Below are positions 9,462 through 18,467 of a stretch of DNA of 64,000 nt, piece after piece. Below the pieces are notes generated by a model, which was given only the letters and a program-made list of their open reading frames with translations, searched no databases and was not told the origin of the DNA. Positions within the stretch are counted from its first letter, which is position 1, and each line of letters begins with the position of its first letter. Made by a program: the position numbers and the translations under genes. The stretch comes from a virus: the IMG/VR virus record IMGVR_UViG_3300028176_000002, positions 1 through 64,000 of that record. One strand, written 5' to 3'.

Positions 9462-11350
9462 TGAATAATAAAGAATTAATTTCAAGCGTATTGCTGGAAA
9501 TTGCTAAAAGGTCAGAAACTGTATTTTTAGCAGATGATGAAGTAAATCAGGATTTAATTGATGCAGCAGGAAAAATGGGAATTGTTATTCCTTCTCCTGA
9601 TTTATTGTTAATGAAAACAGTATATGCCGAAATAGACCGTGTAAATTTAAACGGTGTAGTTCTTCCGAGAAAAGCAGTTGAAGAAGGATTACCCACATTA
9701 ATAGCTAAACAATGTAATTGGGAACACGATGGCAGTGGAAGAATATGTGGATTTACTCTTGCGGTTAAAATAAATGGAAATGAGATAGAAACGATTAATG
9801 TAATTTTTAAATCTCTTTTCCCTGATGAAACTGCTGATTTAAAAGCCAAGATAAAATCTAAAGAAGCTGCAGTAAGTTTTGAAATTTGGAATAGAGACCC
9901 AGTTACAGGAAATTCAGTAGTTTCAGTATTGTCTGATGGAAATGTAGAAATCAATCCAATAATTTTTCATGGTACTGGTGTATTATTAGTAAATCCTCCT
10001 GCATGTCCAAAGGCATTAATTTTTAAAATGATTGGTAAATGTGAAGCAATAGATTCTAAAAAAATAGAAGATAAATCTTTTACAGAAGATTTAGTTTATG
10101 CACAATTGGCTGTCGAAGAGCCGAAATGCAATAACTGTAAGACTTGTACTTGCGATACTAAAAAGGAGGTATTAATCGTGGAAGAAATTAAAGCCGAAGT
10201 TAAGACTGAAGAAATCTTGGATGCCGATTATGACGGTGGCGAGATTGATGAAGCAAAGAAATTAACTACTGAACAACGTAATGCATTACCTGATAGTGAT
10301 TTTGCGTTAATACAGACAGATGCAAAAGGAAACAAGATTCGTAGATTTCCTATCAATGATGAGGCACATGTAAGAAATGCTCTTGCGAGATTGCCACAGG
10401 CAAAGGGATTATCACCCGAAGAGAAGGCATCTACATTAGCCAAAATATTGAAGAAAGCCAAGGAGTTAAATATGACAGAATTGCTCAAGAAATATGCTGC
10501 AGTTGAAGAAGTTGTAGAAGCAAGTCGTTTGTGTAAAACATGTTCTGCTCCTATTCATGCAGATAATCAGAGTGGTCTATGTGCTGATTGTGTAGCTGGA
10601 AAATCTCGAATTCCTACATCGCCTGATGTTAAACAAACTCCAGAATACAAAAAATTATCAGACGAAATGGAAAAATTGGATATTCTAATTAAACAAACTA
10701 CAGACCCAGTTGAATTAAAAAAATTACAAGAAGAACGTAAATTATTAGAACAAAAAGAATTAAAATTATTTAAAGCCGAAGAAATTATTCCCGAAATCAA
10801 AGTCGAAGAGACCAAAGTAGAAGCTGAAGTCAAACTAGAAGAGGTTGAGAAGACCACACCCGAAGAGACCAAAGTAGAAGCCGAAGTCAAACCCGAAGTT
10901 GTTGAGGAAGTAGTAAAGGAAGAAGCAAATGTTATTACAAAAACAGAAGAAGAAGTAAAAGTAATTGAAACTTCTCCAACGTTAGATGTAGTAACTACGG
11001 TAAAGAAAACCACTGAAGTTAATGTGGACGAAAGTGGTAAAGTATTAAACACGATAGTAGAAGAAATAAAAACAGTCGAGACATTCTCTTTTGAGCAGGT
11101 AACCGAACAGGTTGCTTCAGCCAAAGTAGAATTGCAAAAGATTGTTGAAGCACAGTTATTAGAAATCGAAAAATTGAAACAAGAACTTGAGGTTGCAAAG
11201 CAACCAAAAGAGATTGTCAAGGCGAGCGAAGAGGATACCACTCCAGCAGACCTTACAGTTGGTGAAGTAAATACCACTGGTGAAGATGCACTTAGCAAAC
11301 GTGCAAAAGAGATTGATTCAATAATTACAGAAAAAAATAAAAAAAGATAA
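9461..11350 (+). CDS. Prohead protease-scaffold fusion with internal DUF6582-like domain
   Basis: NLNG..CNWEHD..ICG..AVSFE protease-like N-terminus; LTTEQRNALPDSDFA..RRFPINDEAHVRNALAR; Glu-rich coiled-coil C-terminus; precedes capsid gene. Confidence 0.75.
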   Translation: MNNKELISSVLLEIAKRSETVFLADDEVNQDLIDAAGKMGIVIPSPDLLLMKTVYAEIDRVNLNGVVLPRKAVEEGLPTLIAKQCNWEHDGSGRICGFTLAVKINGNEIETINVIFKSLFPDETADLKAKIKSKEAAVSFEIWNRDPVTGNSVVSVLSDGNVEINPIIFHGTGVLLVNPPACPKALIFKMIGKCEAIDSKKIEDKSFTEDLVYAQLAVEEPKCNNCKTCTCDTKKEVLIVEEIKAEVKTEEILDADYDGGEIDEAKKLTTEQRNALPDSDFALIQTDAKGNKIRRFPINDEAHVRNALARLPQAKGLSPEEKASTLAKILKKAKELNMTELLKKYAAVEEVVEASRLCKTCSAPIHADNQSGLCADCVAGKSRIPTSPDVKQTPEYKKLSDEMEKLDILIKQTTDPVELKKLQEERKLLEQKELKLFKAEEIIPEIKVEETKVEAEVKLEEVEKTTPEETKVEAEVKPEVVEEVVKEEANVITKTEEEVKVIETSPTLDVVTTVKKTTEVNVDESGKVLNTIVEEIKTVETFSFEQVTEQVASAKVELQKIVEAQLLEIEKLKQELEVAKQPKEIVKASEEDTTPADLTVGEVNTTGEDALSKRAKEIDSIITEKNKKR

Positions 11351-11416
11351 GCAAAAGGCATAAGCCTAGCTTAAAACGTAACACAACGGTGTGATACACA
11401 CCAAAGGAGAGTTAAA

Positions 11417-12352
11417 ATGGCTGAAAGACAAGACCCAATAGAGTTAGCCTATACGCTTTTAAATGAGCCTATAGACCCTAACCTAAGATGTCCGCTCGAG
11501 TTGCAAGAAATTGTAAATTATGTTGAAGCTCCAATGGGAGAGACAATTCATTATTTTGCCTCACCTGCTCAAGATAGAGGAGTAGATGTAATTTATGCTG
11601 CTAATGCTGATGGCGATTTAGCACCTGTAAAAGTTCCTTTAAGGGGTGTTTCTGCTCTTACCTTTGAAGATTTACAGTCTAAATTAGATTATGTTTTGAT
11701 TCATGAGTTGTTAAATTCCAAAGACAGTAGTGCCTTAGCTGCAAGAAAAAATGGCATTATCAGGTCAATGGATAATGAAGAAGTTCGTAGAGCTTTAAAT
11801 CTTTGTTTTGTGGCTTCTCAGGAAGTAAATAAAGTTACAGGTGAGGATTTACTGGATGTAATCATAAAGATGAAACAGAAAGTATCTGATTATGCTACGG
11901 ATTATATTCTCTTAGTCGCTTCTGATGTTATGGACGAGATTGAGAAGTATGACAAAGACAATGTTGCAACCTTCAATTATAAGATGAATATTCTTGAAGA
12001 AATTGCAAAATTAGGTATTAAGAAAATAGTTAAAATTATAGGTAATTCTGGTTTAGCTGGTGCTTCTACTCCTACTTTAGCTGCTGGTAAGGCTATCTTA
12101 GTGGGAAGAGATTCTTCTCTTACTGCTGGTAAACCTATATCAGTAGTTCGGGCAAAGTTTGAAAAAGAAGTAGCTGAGAATAGCGGTGCAGCAGAAGGTG
12201 CTGTTCGTTTAATTCAGGTAGTAAAAACACCTACAGTTATTAATGCTAATGGTAAAAATACTATTGGCTATGGCGTTTTTGGCTACGAAGGAATTATCGA
12301 AGTAAATCTTAACTTCAGAGCAATTAGCTGGAGCGACGACTTGATTGCTTAA
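11417..12352 (+). CDS. Major capsid protein
   Basis: 311 aa, follows scaffold, strong SD AAAGGAGA, codon bias typical of high expression, structured element downstream. Confidence 0.75.
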   Translation: MAERQDPIELAYTLLNEPIDPNLRCPLELQEIVNYVEAPMGETIHYFASPAQDRGVDVIYAANADGDLAPVKVPLRGVSALTFEDLQSKLDYVLIHELLNSKDSSALAARKNGIIRSMDNEEVRRALNLCFVASQEVNKVTGEDLLDVIIKMKQKVSDYATDYILLVASDVMDEIEKYDKDNVATFNYKMNILEEIAKLGIKKIVKIIGNSGLAGASTPTLAAGKAILVGRDSSLTAGKPISVVRAKFEKEVAENSGAAEGAVRLIQVVKTPTVINANGKNTIGYGVFGYEGIIEVNLNFRAISWSDDLIA

Positions 12353-12365
12353 TACTAATTAAGTA

Positions 12366-12413
12366 ATTGATAAAAGAGGGGACGCAACGTCCCCTCCCAT
12401 AAATTTTATCAAT
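12366..12413. terminator. Repeated structured element copy A (hairpin; U-tract on the antisense strand)
   Basis: ATTGATAAAA-GAGGGGACG-CAA-CGTCCCCTC-CCATAAA-TTTTATCAAT: 9-bp inner and 10-bp outer stems. Confidence 0.7.
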
Positions 12414-12428
12414 AGAAAGGACTAAAAA

Positions 12429-12911
12429 GTGATTGAAAGATTAACTAAAAGAAACACAATGGACGTGTTCGAATTTGTTTCGAAAACGAAAGACCGTTTC
12501 GAAGATTTTTATATTACGAAAAATAATCAAAGATATTTTTTAACTGATTTTAAATTAATTAATAAATTATTAGACCATCAAGAAATTTATTCAGTTTATG
12601 ATAAAGGCATTAAAGGATTATTTATAATTTTTCGTGAGCACGGATTCCGCACATATATAAAAATTTTATCTGAAAATAGACATGCGGAATCATCGATTAT
12701 AAAATATATTATGATGAATTTTTCCGAACAAGACCTTTATGTGAAATTAAAAAAGGAAAATTCATTAGCAAAATACATTCGCTATTTCGGTTTTGTGGAA
12801 ACGGGAGACCGTGGGCAAGAAGTTTTATTGTTTAGAAAAGGAATTAAAATTTTACATAAAATGCTTCCGAAGGATTTATTGATGGAAGACGAATCAACCA
12901 GACTTTATTAA
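12429..12911 (+). CDS. Hypothetical protein, possible GNAT-fold acetyltransferase
   Basis: C-terminal LYVKLKKENSLAKYIRYFGFVETG resembles GNAT motif B; GTG start after AAAGGA. Confidence 0.4.
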   Translation: MIERLTKRNTMDVFEFVSKTKDRFEDFYITKNNQRYFLTDFKLINKLLDHQEIYSVYDKGIKGLFIIFREHGFRTYIKILSENRHAESSIIKYIMMNFSEQDLYVKLKKENSLAKYIRYFGFVETGDRGQEVLLFRKGIKILHKMLPKDLLMEDESTRLY

Positions 12912-12923
12912 AGGAGACGCACG

Positions 12924-13520
12924 ATGACAAATATTATTATCAAATTAAGGGATGCAATAGAAGACAATTATAAATATACCACGGATTCGTATGAGTATAT
13001 TACTTCTAAAGTATTTACGCTCTCAGAATCTAATATTGATTCTACATCTTTAGTATGCTATAAAAATGGAACACTATGGGCTGCAGCTAATTACACATAT
13101 GCATCTACTACTGGAAAAGTAACCGTAACTGGTACTTTAACCGCAGGAGATGTGCTTGAATTTGTGTATAACGCATATGCTAAATATAGTGATGCAGAAC
13201 TACGTGGGTACATACGTGCAGCATTAGGTGATTTAGCTATAGAAAAATATAAAACTTTTGTTTCAAAAAGCGATAATACGATTTATCCTACACCAACAGA
13301 AGATGAGGAATATTTAATAGCATTTATTGCTTCAGTAAGAATTAAAGGTTCTATTTCATCTTATAAAACACCTGAAATAACAATTAATTTTAATGATAAG
13401 CAGAGTAATTCAGAAAAAATTCGTCAGGCAGTTAGACAGTTTGCAAAAACATATGGTATATTGGACTACGCTGAGATGGATGAAGAAATTACACCAGAAG
13501 ACATAGACGAGGATTATTAA
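12924..13520 (+). CDS. Putative head-tail adaptor with small beta-domain
   Basis: Position after capsid; KLRDAIED...YSDAELRGYI pattern. Confidence 0.55.
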   Translation: MTNIIIKLRDAIEDNYKYTTDSYEYITSKVFTLSESNIDSTSLVCYKNGTLWAAANYTYASTTGKVTVTGTLTAGDVLEFVYNAYAKYSDAELRGYIRAALGDLAIEKYKTFVSKSDNTIYPTPTEDEEYLIAFIASVRIKGSISSYKTPEITINFNDKQSNSEKIRQAVRQFAKTYGILDYAEMDEEITPEDIDEDY

Positions 13521-13521
13521 A

Positions 13522-13902
13522 ATGGATAAAAGAGTTAATGTATTAAAAATTTTAGAAGATGAGGGAAAATTAACTAAAATACTTATTTATCCAGCTACTG
13601 AAGTAGTTAATGACCCCTATGAAAAAACTACGACTAAAGGATTTTTAAATCCGCTAACCATAAAAGCGTATGTAACAGAAATTTCTTTTAGTTCTCTTAG
13701 ATGGAAATATACTGGACAGGTTCCAGGTGGTAGTGTTCAAATTCTGTGCGATACAAAATATGCCGGATTATTAAAAGTAGCAGATAAAATTAAGATTGGC
13801 GATAATCTTTATTCTTGCTGGAAAGATGATTCTAAAAATTTTATGATTTTAAATAGAGATGACCATTTAGTAGCAATACTCGGATTAAAAAATGGGGTTT
13901 AA
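13522..13902 (+). CDS. Putative head-closure (stopper) protein
   Basis: 126 aa beta-rich protein in neck position. Confidence 0.5.
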   Translation: MDKRVNVLKILEDEGKLTKILIYPATEVVNDPYEKTTTKGFLNPLTIKAYVTEISFSSLRWKYTGQVPGGSVQILCDTKYAGLLKVADKIKIGDNLYSCWKDDSKNFMILNRDDHLVAILGLKNGV

Positions 13903-14416
13903 AATTGAAATTGACTTTAGAAAAGGACACCAACAGTTACGTAATCTGATTCGGTACATTGATGATGATAAATTATTTTTTGAAGCACAAGCAGCGGTAT
14001 ACGATTTAGCTTACAAAACCGCTGATGACATGAAAAATATTATAAATAATGAAAGACATAATCCTAAAAGACCGGATGATGCATTAGTAAACAATATAGC
14101 GGTAGAACCAATAAATACGACTGCAGGTGTCGAGATGGGCATTGGAAATATTACTAGGTTAAATTTACTGGCACCTCATTGGGAATTAATTAATGATGGA
14201 GGAACATACAAAACCGTAGAAACACACGTTGTACCTACTGATTATTTTGGAGACCCAGGAGTCGGATTCGTAACATTTAAAGCTGGAAGTTTACACACTA
14301 TTACCGGAATAGATTATGTAGGAAGGTCAATAAGAAATCTTGATAAAGAACTTCGAGTTGAAATGGAAAAATTAGGGGCAAAATTTGTAAGTGGAGCATC
14401 AAACGCAAGTAAATAG
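13892..14416 (+). CDS. Putative neck/tail-completion protein (HK97 gp10-like)
   Basis: APHWELINDGG motif; neck position. Confidence 0.5.
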   Translation: MGFKIEIDFRKGHQQLRNLIRYIDDDKLFFEAQAAVYDLAYKTADDMKNIINNERHNPKRPDDALVNNIAVEPINTTAGVEMGIGNITRLNLLAPHWELINDGGTYKTVETHVVPTDYFGDPGVGFVTFKAGSLHTITGIDYVGRSIRNLDKELRVEMEKLGAKFVSGASNASK

Positions 14417-14424
14417 GAGATAAC

Positions 14425-14892
14425 ATGGCTTACCGTATATCTAGAAATATTGAGGCATCATTAATCGACATGATTACAGCAAACCTAGCAACAGATGGTT
14501 GGACCGGTATATATGTATTAAAAGGTTTTCCTCAAGACTACAAAGGTAAAGCCCCATTTATAGGTGTAGAGGCATTAGAAATTCGTCCCCAGAAATTAGA
14601 GATTGGTTCAAAAACAAATTTAAAATATTTTACAGTTAAAATTCGCATAGTTGCGAAGAATGATGGACAAAGACTTGATTTATCCGATTGGCTTTTTGAT
14701 GAATTAGAAGATGATGTAAATTATTACGATTATACAATTGCAAGTGGTGTTGTTTCTGTTAAGACATTGTCTGGAAGAATAGTAATAACTAGGTGGAATG
14801 AAAATAGAAAAGAACTACAGAATACCGAAAATTTGGAAGCAGAAGATAAGTATAGACAAGTATTTGTATTTGAATGTATCGTAGCCAATTAA
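14425..14892 (+). CDS. Putative tail terminator protein
   Basis: 155 aa; PFIGV...VKIRIVAKNDGQRLDLSD pattern; precedes tail tube. Confidence 0.55.
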   Translation: MAYRISRNIEASLIDMITANLATDGWTGIYVLKGFPQDYKGKAPFIGVEALEIRPQKLEIGSKTNLKYFTVKIRIVAKNDGQRLDLSDWLFDELEDDVNYYDYTIASGVVSVKTLSGRIVITRWNENRKELQNTENLEAEDKYRQVFVFECIVAN

Positions 14893-14904
14893 GGAGAATT
14901 TAAA

Positions 14905-15126
14905 ATGAATGAACTCTTTACGATGTTAGCTAGTTTTGGTGGTCTATTTTTAGCCGGTGCGAACGTTGCAGTATTTTGCATAGTTAAATTTAATGACCTC
15001 AAACACCAAGAAGAAGCATTAAAAAGAATTGAAGGAAGTTTGGGTGAAATTGATAAAAAACTTGACGTTAATGCTGAAAGAATTTCAAAAATAGAAGGAA
15101 AATGTGCAGCTAATCACGGAGCGTAA
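14905..15126 (+). CDS. Small membrane protein with coiled coil (holin-like)
   Basis: One N-terminal TM helix, then ...ERISKIEG coiled coil. Confidence 0.45.
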   Translation: MNELFTMLASFGGLFLAGANVAVFCIVKFNDLKHQEEALKRIEGSLGEIDKKLDVNAERISKIEGKCAANHGA

Positions 15127-15145
15127 ATTTTAAAAGAAAGGTAAT

Positions 15146-15787
15146 ATGAATTATTTATATAAAGGTGGAATAACATTAAAACAATATTATTGCAAAGTAT
15201 GCAAAAATCCTATAGGTATAGTTTCTGCATTATATAAGCGAGGATTGTGTAGGAAATGCTGTTTTAATAAAGAAACCAAAGAAAAGATGTCGTTTGCGAA
15301 ACTAGGCAAAACCACATGGAATAAAGGATTAACTGGGTTTAAAGGATATTGGTCTGGTAAGAGTAACAAAGATATCATAATTAAGCATCATATTGATGGA
15401 AACAAAAAGAATAATGAGGAAACAAATTTTTTAAAGTTAACGCAGGGAAGACATAGAAGTTTACATTGGAAATGTTATAATTATTTAGTTCTTATAGGTG
15501 AAGTTAATAATTATTTAAAAGAATTTTTCAAGAAATACAAAATAGTCGATGTAAAAGATAATATCGACAGTAAGGTGGTGCATCATTCTGATTGCAATCG
15601 AGAAAATGATATCTTTAGCAATCTGATGTATTTAAAAGATAGAAAGATACACAATAAATTGCACCAAGAATCTTATAAATATTTAGTAAGGATTAACAGG
15701 GTTCATGACTATATCAGTTGGTTTCTTCTTAACGAAGAAGAGAAATTACCAAAGACTGAAACTATTGAAGAGTTAAAAAAGTCATAA
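15146..15787 (+). CDS. Endonuclease with two tandem HNH domains
   Basis: Zinc finger, TWNKGL, then HHIDGNKKNN..N..H..LH and HHSDCNREND..N..H..LH. Confidence 0.85.
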   Translation: MNYLYKGGITLKQYYCKVCKNPIGIVSALYKRGLCRKCCFNKETKEKMSFAKLGKTTWNKGLTGFKGYWSGKSNKDIIIKHHIDGNKKNNEETNFLKLTQGRHRSLHWKCYNYLVLIGEVNNYLKEFFKKYKIVDVKDNIDSKVVHHSDCNRENDIFSNLMYLKDRKIHNKLHQESYKYLVRINRVHDYISWFLLNEEEKLPKTETIEELKKS

Positions 15788-15814
15788 CCTATTTAAAACA
15801 AGGAGGATACAAAG

Positions 15815-17017
15815 ATGCTGCACGCTAAAATGTGTAAACCACGGGCGTTTGCGTGGAATAATGATAGAACGCCAGAACAAATCGACAGATTACAAAATAT
15901 TTCTGGTGATTTAACTCTGAACAGAGAAAAGGTATACGAAATTGGTAGAGTTGGTCGTTTAGGATATAAAAAATCTACGCCATCATTCAAATATTCTGCT
16001 AAACAATTTGAATATGGCTCGATGGATTTCTTTTATGCGTTAGCAAATAAAGAAAATCCAGCATCAGGTGGATTAGACAATTCAGTTGATTTAGATGATT
16101 TAGTTGAGACACAGACAGACATCGCTGCCTTTTTAACTGATGACAATGCTACTTTCAGAGGTTCTATTTGGTTTCCTGGATTAAGAGTTAATGGTTTTTC
16201 CATTAATATAGGGGACCCTGCTGCAACAATTGAAAGAAGTTTTGATTTAGTTGGCGAAGATTACAAGATGATTGACGGAAAATATTTTGCCTATCAGAAA
16301 GCGACTGCTGTTGGAGCATCTACTGCAATAGTGTTAAGTCCTGCTGCTGTAGAAATTGCATCTGGAGATTATATCTTCAGAGTGTTAAGAGTTCGTTCTG
16401 GAGTCGTAAGCGAATTGGCTGAGACTACTGATTGGACTTTTGTTAGCGGTACAAACACATTAACAGTTACAGGTGGAGTAAATGGAGACGTAATTAAAGT
16501 TTATTATGTTTCTGCAACTGCTTATACAACTACTTGGACTGATAATGAAGATGACCCTGATTTGTTATTAGCAGAATATGCTGAAATCAGATTGAAAGTT
16601 GGTACTTCTACAAGAATCTATCGTTTGCAATCTGTTGGTATTGATGTTGCATTTGATAGAGCAGATTATAGAGAAATTGGTAATAATGCTATCGTACAAC
16701 GTGGAGTTAATAAAAAAACGGTTACTGTAGCATTGGATAGATTTTCGGAAACTTTTACACTTGAAGATATTTTGGCTAGTGATAACACTTATCCAGTAAT
16801 TAATCCTGCTGATTTTGCGGAAAATATTCAGATGCAGGTGTTAATTTATGGTGAAAAAGCTCACACTAACTTCAAGATTGGTTATCTAATTACTGGACTT
16901 TCCCCGACTGCAATAGGTACGAAACAGGACGTGGAATCTTATGGTAACAGAACATGTTCATTGGAATCAGATAACTTAAAGATTTCTGACGACGTTACTG
17001 AGTTAGTTTTTGCATAA
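15815..17017 (+). CDS. Major tail (tube) protein with inserted beta-domain
   Basis: 400 aa, SD AAGGAGG, beta-rich, upstream of chaperones and tape measure. Confidence 0.7.
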   Translation: MLHAKMCKPRAFAWNNDRTPEQIDRLQNISGDLTLNREKVYEIGRVGRLGYKKSTPSFKYSAKQFEYGSMDFFYALANKENPASGGLDNSVDLDDLVETQTDIAAFLTDDNATFRGSIWFPGLRVNGFSINIGDPAATIERSFDLVGEDYKMIDGKYFAYQKATAVGASTAIVLSPAAVEIASGDYIFRVLRVRSGVVSELAETTDWTFVSGTNTLTVTGGVNGDVIKVYYVSATAYTTTWTDNEDDPDLLLAEYAEIRLKVGTSTRIYRLQSVGIDVAFDRADYREIGNNAIVQRGVNKKTVTVALDRFSETFTLEDILASDNTYPVINPADFAENIQMQVLIYGEKAHTNFKIGYLITGLSPTAIGTKQDVESYGNRTCSLESDNLKISDDVTELVFA

Positions 17018-17034
17018 TTGATAAAGCCGAAAGG

Positions 17035-17092
17035 TTGATAAAAGAGGAGTCTCAGGTTTTATTCCTGAGCTCCTCCCACAAAATAGTATCAA
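17035..17092. terminator. Repeated structured element copy B
   Basis: TTGATAAAA-GAGGAG(T)CTCAGG-TTTTATT-CCTGAGCTCCTC-CCACAAAA-TAG-TATCAA. Confidence 0.7.
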
Positions 17093-17120
17093 AAGTAAGG
17101 AGCAATCATTAATGTACGGT

Positions 17121-17140
17121 AATTTAGTTATAACTAAATT
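17121..17140. promoter_or_regulatory. Perfect 20-bp palindrome
   Basis: AATTTAGTTA|TAACTAAATT, intergenic. Confidence 0.5.
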
Positions 17141-17158
17141 TAATAACATTATACACGC

Positions 17159-17194
17159 AGGGCAGAGGAGCCATTTCTCTGCCTTTTTGCTTTT
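17159..17194 (+). terminator. Intrinsic terminator after tail tube gene
   Basis: GGCAGAG-9 nt-CTCTGCC followed by TTTTTGCTTTT. Confidence 0.8.
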
Positions 17195-17206
17195 AGGAGT
17201 ATAAAA

Positions 17207-17479
17207 ATGGATAATCGTTTAAAATTAACAGAAGAGACACTTAATCAAATTATTGACCAAGAGGCTCGTAAATTAGTAGGCACATGCCTCAAAAGAATAG
17301 AAATTCCAATAGATATTAAAATTAAAGAAGGTAAAGAAATTATTTTAAACAAAGAAGAATTAGAAAATGTTAAAGCACAATTAAAGAATCTAATATACGA
17401 ATCATTAAGAACAATTCGTGATACAGTAAGGACGGTTGGAAAAGAAGCGATACAACTAACTAACGTAAGGAAGGAGTAA
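17207..17479 (+). CDS. Hypothetical protein
   Basis: ORF with AGGAG SD, in tail module. Confidence 0.6.
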   Translation: MDNRLKLTEETLNQIIDQEARKLVGTCLKRIEIPIDIKIKEGKEIILNKEELENVKAQLKNLIYESLRTIRDTVRTVGKEAIQLTNVRKE

Positions 17480-17484
17480 TTAAT

Positions 17485-18117
17485 ATGGAAAAATCAAGTA
17501 TGGACGCTGCTAGAGAGATGTTAGACAAATTTAATGAAGACAAGGAATTATCTAAAGTCGAATCTATGATAGTCGATAATAAAATTGAATTTGATTACAA
17601 AGAAAAGGTATATAGAGTAAGACTGCTAAAATTAAAAGAAAAAGAGGAATTATATCTTCTAAAATTATCAAAATTCGGACAATTAATTAAGAATACTGAT
17701 ATTTTAATGGAAAAGGATTTGATAAAAATTTATGCTGACAGAGGAATAAATATTTCAGAATTAACAGATAAAATTAGACAAATAGATGCAGAAATTTTAA
17801 GTTTAAAACTTTCGCTAGGAGAAGCAATTGAAAAAAGTGAAGCAGTATCGATACTGAAAAATTATGAAGAAAAAATTCAATTATTGCTCCAAACTAAACA
17901 ATTAGTAATGATACAAAAAATAAATTATTTAAGCACATCATTAGAGTGCCAAATGGAAAATTATGAGGCACAATTTATCACATATTTAACATTAGAAACC
18001 TTAAATGAAGAGAAATGGGAAAGAGTATTCAAAAGTTTCGAAGATTTTCAAAACACAGAAGACGAACAACTAATTAATCTAGCGGGAACCCGCACAATGT
18101 TATTACAATATATTTAA
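17485..18117 (+). CDS. Putative tail assembly chaperone
   Basis: Helical, acidic; between tail tube and tape measure; SD AAGGAG. Confidence 0.5.
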   Translation: MEKSSMDAAREMLDKFNEDKELSKVESMIVDNKIEFDYKEKVYRVRLLKLKEKEELYLLKLSKFGQLIKNTDILMEKDLIKIYADRGINISELTDKIRQIDAEILSLKLSLGEAIEKSEAVSILKNYEEKIQLLLQTKQLVMIQKINYLSTSLECQMENYEAQFITYLTLETLNEEKWERVFKSFEDFQNTEDEQLINLAGTRTMLLQYI

Positions 18118-18118
18118 T

Positions 18119-18466
18119 ATGAACACATATTCTTCACTACGGATTTTAGCTAAACAAAATAAATATCAAAATCTCTTCTTTGCATGCAAGGAATTGAATG
18201 GGGTTACGTTGTTTGAGAACAGTAGAGACCTCAGTCAATTGCAGCAGATATTTATTAATTATTTATACATGTATTCATCTATAAATCAAGCAATTAGCGT
18301 TGATAAAATTTCTCCCCATGTGAATGATAATGAATTATTCGAAGATTCTTATCTATTATGGAGAAATAAAGGAATTAAAAAAGATAATAAATTAGAACAA
18401 AATGATGTACATTTAGTTACATCTAATAAAATAATATTTCCAAAAAAGAATTTAGGAGACAAATAA
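18119..18466 (+). CDS. Putative second tail assembly chaperone
   Basis: Immediately upstream of tape measure. Confidence 0.45.
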   Translation: MNTYSSLRILAKQNKYQNLFFACKELNGVTLFENSRDLSQLQQIFINYLYMYSSINQAISVDKISPHVNDNELFEDSYLLWRNKGIKKDNKLEQNDVHLVTSNKIIFPKKNLGDK

Positions 18467-18467
18467 A

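Noticed and set aside
10804-10892. ~32-bp direct repeat in the scaffold region
   Set aside because: Simple coding duplication (EETKVEAEVK) in a low-complexity region
9547-11361. Long antisense ORFs including the 264-aa 10567-11361
   Set aside because: Ser/Thr/Phe-rich mirror of Glu/Lys/Val codons; no SD or domain. The same applies to the other opposite-strand ORFs in the track
17121-17160. Palindrome region as a XerCD dif site
   Set aside because: Does not fit the 11-6-11 dif layout and no tyrosine recombinase is in the window
17485-18466. Programmed -1 frameshift between tail chaperones
   Set aside because: No convincing slippery heptamer near the end of the first ORF; the second has its own ATG 1 nt after the stop
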